Shown piece after piece: positions 1 through 18,355 of a stretch of 64,000 nt of DNA. This stretch comes from Podarcis muralis (taxonomy: Eukaryota): positions 43,028,001 to 43,092,000 of the forward strand of contig NC_135659.1 in the NCBI RefSeq assembly GCF_964188315.1, given 5' to 3'. How positions within the stretch are numbered: position 1 is the first letter of the stretch; each line of letters starts with the position of its first letter. The position numbers were made by a program, and so were the translations under genes. Below the pieces are notes generated by a model. That model was not told where the DNA came from. It searched no databases and was given only the letters and a program-made list of their open reading frames with translations.

Positions 1-7098
<7,098 letters not shown>

Positions 7099-7111
7099 TA
7101 GTGCTGAAAAG

Positions 7112-7117
7112 AATAAA
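7112..7117 (+). terminator. Proximal AATAAA polyadenylation signal of MYSM1 (further AATAAA at 7672-7677 and 8489-8494)
   Basis: Hexamer read directly; which one is used cannot be determined from sequence. Confidence 0.4.
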
Positions 7118-10100
7118 TGCGCACTTTATTATAAAGTGTCCATTCTTGAACGTGACAGCATCCACTGCGGGTCAAGAAAATGACTGTTACTGAAAGACAG
7201 TGTGAAACAATCATGACAAACTATCTGATCTCTGACATAACTTCTAATCTTCTGAAATTATGGATGTGTTGCAAAGAGCTGAATGAACTACTTGGCAGCC
7301 CACCACTTGGATAAAACAGTTGCGCCATTTGTTGCCCCAAATAGCTGAAGTGATAGTGTTCTGCTTGGACCAAGAGCTATTAGAAATTTGATGTTAACAT
7401 AAATTAGTTATATTACCTACCTTGTGCCATTTTAGGGAACACCCCTGTGTTATACATTTCAATGTCTAATGTATCTGCAAGCACATTTTGTCCAGTGGAT
7501 AAACCGAGTTGTATTGCACATTGCTGAAATCGGGAAAGGATGGAAAACCACAAGACAACAATGATATGATTTCTCATTGAGCATCTCAGCCTTGAGTTTC
7601 TCACTTGATTCGTGATTCAAGAGGCTTACTGCTTTCAACAGAAGTCTGCAATAGCAAAACAATATTGGACTAATAAATCCTTCATATCAAATTCTTCTAT
7701 CCAGATTAATTGTATAGATTTGCAGAGTTTGGGTGGCCTTGTTCATTTCTCAAGAACTAGGGAAAGAAGGCTGAGGCTTTCCAAACAGAAATTAAGAATT
7801 GTGCTTAAAACATTCCCTTGACCCTTTGGTATCACAACTCAGAATATGTACTAAATATGAAAGACATACAAAGGAGTAAGAAATTTTCTGAAGGATTATA
7901 TAACTTTATTCTTGAATCCCAGGTGGACTTTTTTATTTTTATCCTGTGGAAGTTATGGATGAATGTGCAACAAGATCCACTTTAGCCCCTTTAGTTCAGT
8001 ATTAGAATATATTTGACTCCGTAATCATCTGCATGCAAGGGACCCTATATCATAGTGCACTAGGTGTATTCACATTGCTTTTGAAATATTACCTGTTACT
8101 TGACTCCTTAGACCATTACGACTTCCAAGTTGCATGTGATCCAATGCCTCATCTTCCCCATTGAAATTCTAGCATATTGCTAAATAATATCCGGGAATTC
8201 CTCTGGACTGGAATATCCAAAACCATAGTTTATGTTTTACAGAGTTATGTGATAATCATATTGCAGCTTCTAAATTTTATTGTTTACATCCTTATTGTAA
8301 ATCTGCATATTGCATATGACAGTAATGTAAATATTGTATATTTGTACAGAAGAGAATTACTGGACTATTTGACCCTCATATAAAAGCACAATACAGGTAT
8401 ATTTGCCCGTGGTGTCTATATCAGGAATTGAGAAGGATTTTATCATTAAAACAATGCAAAGAACTCTTCTTGCTCACATTGCCCCTTCAATAAATTGTGT
8501 GAAGATGATTTCAATGTTGTTTGGCTTCAAATTAGTATTTCTGTACATAAAAAAATTGAAAAAAATCCCACGAACATTGCAGATTTATTTGTTTTTCTCT
8601 CATAGATTTGCATTTAGGAGCATCATTTTGTATCAAATAATTAAGTACTAAATGTCCTGGGGCTCAGCTAAACAGTACAAGATCAATTTCAATTTCTAAT
8701 TGCACACATTTCGAACTTTGGGTCAAAAAGCCAGGCAGACTTTGTTCCTTGTTCATTGTGTGTAAATATTAACGTTTTGAACCAGCCACAAGATTTGGTT
8801 TTCATTCTGATTTGGCATTTATTTGGAAATTGGACTGCTTCATTGTTTGTCTGAGTGAGTTCTGGGTCCAAATTTGCTTTAGAAAAATGAAGCTTAAGTC
8901 CCCCTGTCGTTAATCAAAAGTGGCTGAGGATTTTTTTCTCCTTTTCTTTTGACAGAATTAGATAACCTCTTTAGGCAAAGTCGCCCCTCCAGAGTGCATA
9001 TAGCCTGCTAAATCAGACAAATTGGTCAGGGATTTATTGTGCTGGGCACCTTTACAATTTGATACATTCTTTAAAAAAGAGAAACATCTATAGCTTTTGG
9101 GGGGGGGGGGATTAGATGAAATCTACAGGTATGACAGACTCTTCTGAAGGAATGTATGCTGCTAAATTGCGTAAGGATCACTCCAGTGATTTTTCTGAAA
9201 GGGGAAAGCATTTTACAGTTTGGGAAAGGTACCCCTCCAGTAAGAAACCTGCCCAGTCGCAGACAAATAGAGCCAGGGGGTTTTGTGGTAGGCACATTTA
9301 AAGTTGATTTTTGTGGAGGAGAACTATACATTGCAACCACTTGGTTTGGTGTGCAATGGTTTTTAATGGAAACAGCACACATCAAAAAAGTGCCCCATGG
9401 AAAGTAACCTGCAAAATTTCAAGCAAACAGCTCTAGCAAAGAGCACAGGACAGAAAGGAGCAAGGAGATATGGACATCCCTTCACCAAAGCACTGTGATT
9501 GGAGAGCCTTGGTATAATAATTCCCTCTGATTTCAAGTTAGGCGTGTCTGTCACAAAAGAGCTCTCCACAGCCTGGTGTTATGTCAACTCTTGGGGAAAA
9601 TGCTTCAGTTTCTGGAGACACAATGCCATAGTTTAACATCTCAATCTCTGAAGTGTTTCATCAGTCCTCTGTTCAGGATACACTGAAGAGATGCCCCTTT
9701 GGCTCAGACAAGCCCAGAATCTTCCTGAAGCAGCCCCACTTTGGTTCTTCATTTGGGAGTTACCTGAATTGTTTGCACACCCCTAGTAAATACTCTGTCG
9801 TTACAGCATTTAGCCCTCTCTGACACAGGAAAAGAATCAGTTCCTAAACAATTATAAGCAGGCTGTTTGCAGTATTTCTTTGCAAGGGCTTTATTTTGCA
9901 AAGCAAAATAAACCGTATGACATCTTTATTTTACAACATCTGAAGATGAGAATTATCACTTCTTAGAACCATACATTCTGGCACCAGTGAGCAAGTTCAG
10001 GCTATTTTTATTTTCCTACCAATTTCTTTTTTCTGGGGGAAAAAATTAAAATTTTGTGTAAATATTACAAAGGCTTAAATTAGCTGTGGTTGAAACCTGG

Positions 10101-10389
10101 ATGAAGCCAGCAGAGGGAGCTATGTGACAACTAATTTAAAGGAGTGACTCCTTAATTTATAGTAATGTCCCAGTTAACCCAACATTGAAATACTTTTGGC
10201 TTTTCAATTATTAGTACCTACATGGAATCATAGTTGGAAGGTGCCATATAGTCCAAACTCTTGCAATTCATGAATCTTTCACCCAATGTGGAGGCTTATA
10301 TGGACAGAAATGCTCTTTCTAGAACTATAACAGTAAAGTGCTGAAGTAGTTAGCATTTTACCAGTGATTGCAGCTACTTGATTCTACCC

Positions 10390-10830
10390 CTCTGATTTCT
10401 GCTAATAATAATAATTAATAAAACAAACACCCATCTGACTCAGTGTCACCCAGCAAAATATTAAAAACACAATGAAACATCAACCATTAAACACTTCCCT
10501 GAACAGGACTGCCTTTAGATGTCTTCTAAAAGTCAAATACAGTGGTACCTGGGGTTAAGAACTTAATTTGTTCTAGAGGTCCGTTCTTAACCTGAAACTG
10601 TTCTTAACCTGAGGTACCACTTTAGCTAATGGAGCCTCCCGTTGCTGCCACGCCGCTGCCGCACGATTTTTGTTCTCACCCTGAAGCAAAGTTCTTAACC
10701 CGAGGTACTATTTCTGGGTTAGCAGAGTCTGTAACCTGAAGCGTCTGTAACCCAAGGTACCACTGTAGTTGTTTATCTGTTTGACATCTGGTGGGAGGGC
10801 ATTCCACAGCTGTATCTCCAAACCAGAGAA
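10390..10830 (-). mobile_element. L2 LINE 3'-end fragment, interrupted by a MITE
   Basis: cattaaacacttccctgaacaggactgcctttagatgtcttctaaaagtcaaata[MITE]gttgtttatctgtttgacatctggtgggagggcattccacag is homologous to the uninterrupted copy at ~55186-55340. Confidence 0.6.
10540..10765 (+). mobile_element. Tc1/mariner (Tigger/pogo-like) MITE, family A copy 1
   Basis: TIR CAGTGGTACC...GGTACCACTG, TA target duplication at 10538-39 and 10766-67, ~226 bp, four more copies in the window. Confidence 0.85.
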
Positions 10831-10868
10831 TTTGGACCTCAGCAAATTCAAGGCTGCACCTGAGTTCT

Positions 10869-11742
10869 GTTAGGTTCTAACTAAAATTCAGGCTGCAAAA
10901 TGAGCTTCAAACTGTTTCGCTGACCCTCCCCTTAGAAGGAGGTCGCCATCCAAAGACTGGGGAGAGATTCCCAGCCATCAGGGGACATAGGTGTTTTTGT
11001 TTTTCGTCCACTCAGTTGCCCAGTAATAGGCTTGCTCACTCACAGTAATTAAGCTGGTCAAAATTCACAGCACTAGTCTCTTAACTCAGTAATAAAAGGC
11101 TTACATAAGCTTGGCATCAGTGTGTCAAAAGATAAAGAGGCCGGAAAAGATAAGGCGTGTAATAAGCAGGAAGTGATCCAAACCGCCCTGACTCACTTTA
11201 TAATCCTCTGAGCTAATGGAGGTGAGACGCAGGAAGATGGGAGGCAAGAAAAGTGGTTCTGTGACTGTCGCTTTTTGGACATGCAGCTGAATAGTAGATC
11301 AAGTTCAGTAACAACAAGCAAATGATCAGATGTGTAGTAACATTTACTCAAATCCTGGGTAGTAGGCATAATGAGGAGTGGTAGCTGGTTGCATTAAATC
11401 TAACTAGGTGTGTTTGTGGGGTGGTGGTGACTAGTGAGATGAGTTCTTCTGTTCCTCTTCCAGGCTGGAAGCCACAGCACTGCAGCTTCATCCTGCACTT
11501 AACTAGGCAACACAAAAAGGCCAAGAGACCTTCTGTGTGAAGGTTCTTCTCCATGCCGGCCCTTACGTTTTCCAGCGGCTTGATGCTAGCGTGTGGCATG
11601 GTATGCCACTCACGCATGCACCCAGAGCTTGTTACGCCAATAGTCTGGGACAGGAACTGTCTTGGGTTTCAAAATAGCATTAAAGAAAGGTGGAAAAGTC
11701 AAGGATACAGAGTTTAAGGGTGATTAGCAGTTCGTACCCAGC
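10869..11742. mobile_element. Possible LTR-like remnant
   Basis: Starts TGTTAGG and has the repeat-like, motif-dense texture of a solo LTR; no clear second terminus or TSD found. Confidence 0.25.
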
Positions 11743-11750
11743 TACTGGAC

Positions 11751-11886
11751 CAGATATTCCCAACCTTTGGCCCTCCAGATGTTTTGGACTACAATTCCCA
11801 TCATCCCTGACCACTGGTCCTGTTAGCTAGGGATCATGGGAGTTGTAGGCCAAAACATCTGGAGGGCTGCAGGTTGGGGATGCCTG
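11751..11886. mobile_element. hAT-type palindromic MITE (ACTACAA(C/T)TCCCAT core family)
   Basis: 8-bp TSD TACTGGAC at 11743-11750 and 11887-11894; inverted arms ccctccagatgttttgg / ccaaaacatctggaggg; degenerate relatives near 17.0, 30.75, 40.05 and 42.8 kb. Confidence 0.8.
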
Positions 11887-14869
11887 TACTGGACCAATGC
11901 TTCAGAGTTATTTAGGCTGCAAGCCAGTGCACAGTTACCTGGGAGGAAATCCCACAGAACTCAGTGGCAAAGCCTTCTGATGGATGGGATTCAGCTATTA
12001 GAAATATTCCTGATGTTTTGTCCCTTGGCTTTGTGTTCTCCATCAGATAATGTAATTGAGAAAAGTCTCTATGTTTTTTAGCAGAAATTTATTTTATATG
12101 AGTTGGCATTTTGATTCAGATGATGTATGGATGTGCCAAGCCTGCAGTAAACACCCATCTGCAAGCCCCCTGTATTATAATGGGCTCTTAAATGGTAGTG
12201 TCTTTCATGGATTATTCTTTCATGGGAACAGAAGGGGAGTTTGTAAAAACGAATTAGGCTTGCCTAATCATAGTTCAGGATTGGATTGAGTCCAAAGTAT
12301 AGTATTATCCAGGATTCATGTAGAATGAGATGTATTTACCAAGCCAATGGCATCTTCCAATTAATTATGGTTCTCACTAGTTGCTGAGTGACTTGTAAAA
12401 AGGAAGCAGAATGGAGACCAAGCCATCTCATTCACTTCTCGACTTCAGCCACTCTTGTAAAAGTAGATATATGGATCTGGACTTGTTAAGCCAGAATAAG
12501 ATAAATTGCACACATACTGACAAGCTGCATGGTTAAAACAATTTGGAAAGCGTTTACAGTGAGCCTTGCCATGTGTGGATTCAGTTAAGAGCACACCCTG
12601 GGGAAACCCCATAGAAAGAACAGCATGATATTGTTGCAAATACTTTACTTATTTATATGAATTCTTATCCACTCTGTACCACAAAGGCCCAGGAAGGGTT
12701 ACAACAATAAAATACACCATTATAAAACAAAACAGTGACAAACCACAAGAAAAGTGTAAAAGCTATTAAAAACAGTTCCACATATAAAGGAAGGGAGGTT
12801 TGTTTCCAATGCTGGTCTTTGGAGACTCATTGAAGTTAATGAACGTGGCTGCCTTAGATCCATGAATTTCAATAGGCCTACTCTGAATGGACTAGCAACC
12901 CAAACATTTAATTTTATATATAAAGTGCTTTAAAATAGTTTGAATGCAGATGCAAGCTGGCATACATATTTCCACTTAAAGGCTTGTTGAAAGAAGATCT
13001 CCAGCAGGCGCTGTAAAGATGGTGCCAAAAGACAGACAGCCAATGCTATTCTCTGATCCTGGTGATAGGATCAGAACCACTGTAAAACTGCCTCCTATAC
13101 CGATCTCACTAGGGCTTATCCACACTTCTGTTTGCCCCATTGCTTTTGCCTGGGGGAACCCGATCTTTAGTGCAGAATCGGAATAAACAGCAATCAGGTT
13201 TTCTGTGGATTGCTGTTTGTTCCAATTTAGCACTAAAGAGTGAGTTTCCCAGGGGGAAGTGGTGGGGCAAAGACAAAACCACTCGGATTTGTGCCTAGAA
13301 AGTACAGGTCAAGCAGAAAACCGCTTGGACCTGTGCTTTCTAGGAACAGGACAAGTAGAAGTGTGGACTAGCCCTTAGCTGGCTCATAAGGATACCAGGA
13401 GCAATGGCATCAAATATCACTAAGATACTGAGTAAGAATAACAGTGCGACACTCACCCTCACTTTGTTCCAATAAAGGCCAACCATCCGGCCAGGGCTGA
13501 TTCAGTTCCAGTCAGGCCTGAACCCAAATTGGAGCGGGCCAAGCTACTCTTAAATGAAACATCATTTGCCATTGTTGCACCATAGCCCTCTCAATCAGCT
13601 TTCCTCCAGTGTCGGTATTTATGATCAGGCAGTTCTTCTCAGAAACCGAGAGGTCCAGGCGGTGCTTTTTCAGGAGTACCTGGGTTTCAAGATGACCAAG
13701 GCTACTATCTCCTGCAAAGTTGCATTGACCACCCCCTAGATCCCCCTGGCCACCCCCCTTGGGAAGATTTGATAAACTAAGAGGGGCAAGAATCAAGGAA
13801 ACATGTTGTTTGCTCCGTCATCATGTCATCTGACCCCAGCAGCTGAAACTGGTCCCACGATGGTTCTGCAGACCTTGCACTGGACATCTCACTGAAGATG
13901 TAAATGTGGCATCAGGATTGCTATGAAGGCTAGTAACATTACCCTGAGTGCCTTATAAACAGATCACAGCGGGCTTCTGAAGGGTCTAAAACTCCCCGGA
14001 GTAGATGTTAACAGGCCCTGGACATTGAGAGCACTTGGTGTTTTGCATGGTAAATTTGTGGAAGAAATAAGACTGATCTCTCCACCCCTTTCCATCTATT
14101 TTCTTCTGCTGGCGATGTACTGTTGGTATATTCTAGACTTTGTCTTGTTTGCCTCCACATGTACTTCAGAAATAATAATACTCAACATTTGCATAATGCT
14201 TTCAAGGTACTTCATAAGCATTATGAACCTGCAATCGGTGAAACAAACTTGAAAAGTAAGTCATTATAATTATTTCCCCATATACTACAGGTGAGGGAAC
14301 TGCTGATGACTGAGTGAGTGGCCTTCTAAAGGCCACCTATTGACTTCCTCAAACCAGGGACTTCCTGATGGCAGTCAGTCATTTAATTACCATGCTATAG
14401 TGCCAAAGTGGCAGAATAGACAAGTACCTCCTCATATTCCTCCTATATATCCGGTGGGATATATGCTTGGTGGATGGGGGTGCCGTGCAAAATAGAAAAC
14501 CAGCACTGTGGTCGAATTTTCCTCCATGACGTGCTAGGTTTCTGTTTGCAGGGAGGGCTTTTTTTATTTTATTTTAAAGAAGACAGAGGACCTTTTGCTT
14601 GCAGTGGTGCAGTCAGTTCTGTCACCGTAGCAGTTTGTCACTTTATCCTGCTATGTGAGTACACTAGGCCTGTGTCCAGGGGCTCATTTTGATGGCAATA
14701 AATCTCTGATGAAGTATGAAATGATCCTGTTGTCCTGCTTCTCAGCTCTCTGGCTGCTGTTTCCGGTTACTCCTCTTTTTTTACTGTCACTCCCTAGACA
14801 CCTTTCATCAGCAGAAGAACCCTAATGACTTTGCCTGGTATTCCCCTAGCATTACCTGGCCCCACCCCT

Positions 14870-15310
14870 ATTTTCTACCTACTCTCCAGAGAATGTTGGT
14901 ATCTGTGATGTAAAAACACACCCAGACGGATCATAGAAAGAGTCGTCTCCTGCGGAAAGATTTCCCTGGCTCCAGCAACCATGAGTAGGGCAGGTGGTGC
15001 CCTCCATACATTTTGGAGGGCATATTCACTGGGGTTGATGAGAATTGTGGACCAAATTTCTGGAGAGCACACAGTTGGGGAAGATAAATGGAAGGATATT
15101 CAAGAGCTGGTTTGGGATATATTTCGTCCCAAACCAATATATGCCAGAGTCAGTTCTATGAATTAACTGGATATGTACTTTACCCCGAGCCTTTAAAAAA
15201 GAAAGAGCAGAGTCTTTTGTTAGCGATTTCTCAGTGCACAACAGAAAGCATGTTAGAGCAACCTTTAGCACACATCCACCACCTCTTCAGTGGTTGTGTA
15301 AACTTGGTCT
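14870..15310 (-). mobile_element. Highly degenerate L2 ORF2 fragment
   Basis: Minus strand gives frameshifted TTC...PSWLL, reminiscent of the L2 TTCPLDPCPSWLV segment. Confidence 0.4.
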
Positions 15311-18015
15311 TGGGTGAGTTGTTGTGATAGTGGTAAGCGGAAGACAGGTTTTCTTACAGTGCAAAAACCCCTTAGAAATCAGAATCCCATTGAGTTCAGT
15401 GGGTGTTCATTCCCAAATAAGTGGCATTGCAGCCTTAAAGAGTGCATGTGTGTGTTTAATTTGGTGTACATGCACTATTTTATTCTAGAATCAATGGAGC
15501 CTGGGTACTTTTTCCCCTATGCAGTCCACATACAGTCTAGATCTACTGCATATTTCTGCCCCCTAGAAAGGAGCTTCCTGAGAAACTGGTTTCTTTCAAA
15601 AAAATAAAAATAAAAGCTCATTCCAGGTTGGTTCTGCAGTTTGTCCATTTGAAAAGAGGTGAAAACAGACATCAGCAGTCCTGGCAATGGGGGGGGGGGT
15701 GCCCACGCCTACACCTGCCCAATGGCATTGTGGGTGGGTGTATGCCAGGATGCCAATCGCCACTTCCTTCTTCAGTCATCTGGGACATGTGCATGGAGGA
15801 AAAGGCATGAATAACCCAACCAAGGGGAGGGTTTGAGATGCTTATCAAGTAAGCATGCCCATCCTTGTGGGAGGTAAGATCTAGAATAATTTGGACTTAA
15901 TCTAAGTGGAAAACAGCATGTTGAGGATAAGCATGAGTAATTCTCAATTGAGAAAAACCTACATTTTTCTGCCATAAATGGGTTAGTGTGTATACAGCCT
16001 ATAGTTATCACCTTCTCATCTCGCCATGTCAAATTTGGCCTGCAGGGGAGCAAGGAACATAATTGCCTGTCAGCTGATCTAGTTCCCCACCCCTAACATA
16101 TGGGCTGTGAATTTTGCATTAGGCTTAAAAGGGGGCATATGTGTATACAAATACATGCAGACAGGGCTTCTCTGAGCAAGTGGGAACCTTGACTAGCCAG
16201 CCCTGTTGGAAGTTCAGTAGGGACCAATCCAAAGGCAGGAGCTTCTCCAACTTTGTGTGGAGCAGTTTGGGAGGACCCTGAAGAACTGAATGGGAGGGAA
16301 CTGCTTAAAACCAAAGTGCGTGTCTGGAGGTCCATATGCAGCTCTTTGAATCATGCCCCACATCTGAGATCCCAGCAGTCAAAGGGTGGCAGTTTTCATT
16401 GTGTTTTTTGACCACTTTGAGATCTGTAGCCCCCACCCAAGCTGCTGTCTCCATGGTTCCTTTGGGGGGAGGATGACTATTTAACCAGACATGCCTGCTG
16501 TTTGGATCTTAGCCTCTCTGTCTGCTAGAATGCCACCTATGAAATAATTACTCAGAGTTTTGATTGCAAAATGCCTCCTGAAACTTCCCTGATGATATTA
16601 ATCATTGTATTTTTAACTTTGCAAAGCTCAAGTGAAAGTTACTGTGTCTTTTATTGGCTAAGCTTGGAACATTTCAAAAGGAGCAGGTTATGCAGTGACC
16701 ATCCACAAGGAGCAGAAACATGTTTTGTTTTAAAATGAGATGAAAAGCCAACCCATCAAGGATGTGCAATAACACCAATTTTGAAGATCGTATTGGATAA
16801 CAAGAACCCTACAGGAAAGACTAGCTTAAGCCGTATGCCCTCGTGGTTTGACACAAAAATGGACCTGTGGGTCCCTGGAGTAATGTGTTTTATGTGTACA
16901 GAGGGCAGGTTTGGATGGTCATAGCAGAGGACAATGGTAAAGAATCCTGAAACCTAATAGAAGAAGAAACTGTAATGGATGTTGTTGTGTTAAAACAGCC
17001 TGTACCAATATGGTGCCCTCCAAGCGTTGAAACTACAACTCCCATTAGCCCCAGTGAGTACAGCCATGCTGCTCAGAGATGATGGGAGTTGTAGGCCAAA
17101 ACACTTGGAGAGCACCCTGGTCAACAAAGGCTGAATGCCCCTCGCTGATATAGAGTTATTTGTGCTGTTGTTTTCAATCTTAATCCCGCTCCCCTGATGT
17201 AATCTCAGGACTGGACAGGGCCTCTCCATGAGGGTCAAAGCAACAGACATCAGTGGTATGGAGAACAGCATTTCCTAAGAGTTGATTGTGAAATGAGGGC
17301 CACTTCACACATTACACACAGGGAAAGCCCAATATGACACTCACAGGGCACACCTAAATAGGGAGCTATGGCCAGTCACAACTACTCCAATCCACACTTT
17401 TGGTGTACTGTATGGTTGAATTTTATTAGGTATACACTTTTAAAAAGTGATAGAAGGCAGTGAAACCCACATTAGAGGAAGGCAGTTACCGTGGCTGGTG
17501 ATGGGAGTTGTCATCCCAACAAAATCTACAGAGGACCAGGTTGGGATTGGCTGCTTTTGGCATTCCAAAAATTTTAGGTATAACACTGCTTCCAGAACAG
17601 TCCTATTGTCCGCTCACCCCCTCTGACTTTCTTACCATAGTCTGGTGGATTATCCATGGAAATAGCTCAGCATTACATCTTGAATCACTTGACATATAAT
17701 GAGGATTCTCAAAAAATGAAAAAAGAGAGAGAAAAGAAAAGGGGGTGTTCTAGAGGCTATGATCTCTTCCACTTTACCTCCTGTCTACTATGAGTACTGA
17801 CCACTGGAGCTACTGTTTGTCTTCCCTGTTTAGTAGGCCTCCTGGGCTGAACAGAACGGAGGCTGACTGGGCTTGGCCTCACAGTAGCCTCTAACCCAGC
17901 ACTTATGCATAGTTTGGCCCATGGGGTAGGCACGTTTCTACGTGCAAGAGCTTAATGTAGTATTGGTTTCTGTGTTTCTGGCATGATGTGCTTCCTCCTT
18001 CAGTGGGAGGAAAGA

Positions 18016-18110
18016 GTGGTGGTGGAAGTCTTGGCCATTATTGCTGGAATTACCTCACTTGTGATTACCAGGAGGCGAGGCCGAGGGTAGGGAAGTATGA
18101 GAAGGCAGAG
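18016..18110 (+). pseudogene. Degenerate EPCAM/TACSTD2-like fragment (transmembrane helix + cytoplasmic tail)
   Basis: VVVEVLAIIAGITSLVITRRR-[frameshift]-GKYEKAE; 66 of 84 aligned nt identical to 19151-19240 of the intact gene. Confidence 0.8.
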
Positions 18111-18355
18111 AGTTGCTGCCACTCCCTACTGAAGAAGGCGCAGCTCTCTTGGTCTGTGGGTTTTCTGTGTCACCACACACCTGCTTTGTTTGAGCGTCAC
18201 CAGCCAGACTGGTTGGGCAGGTCCGATGGTAGAAAGAGAGGCAGCTGTCCCGCCCTATCACTCAGAAACCGGGAGGCTCTTGTTGTGGATGTGTCTTGTC
18301 TTCAGGCTGCTGTGTTGCCCTGTCTCTCCCTAAAGACCTCTTTTCCTCATCCTCC

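Noticed and set aside
9116-9407. Overlapping short ORFs as a small gene
   Set aside because: No recognisable product, no consistent frame, no supporting start context
16487-16496. p53/p63 site AGACATGCCT upstream of TACSTD2
   Set aside because: Only one half-site; expected by chance in 64 kb
18296-18355. ORF-track N-terminal extension of TACSTD2 (328 aa)
   Set aside because: It starts at TTG; the first ATG (18356) directly precedes a normal signal peptide
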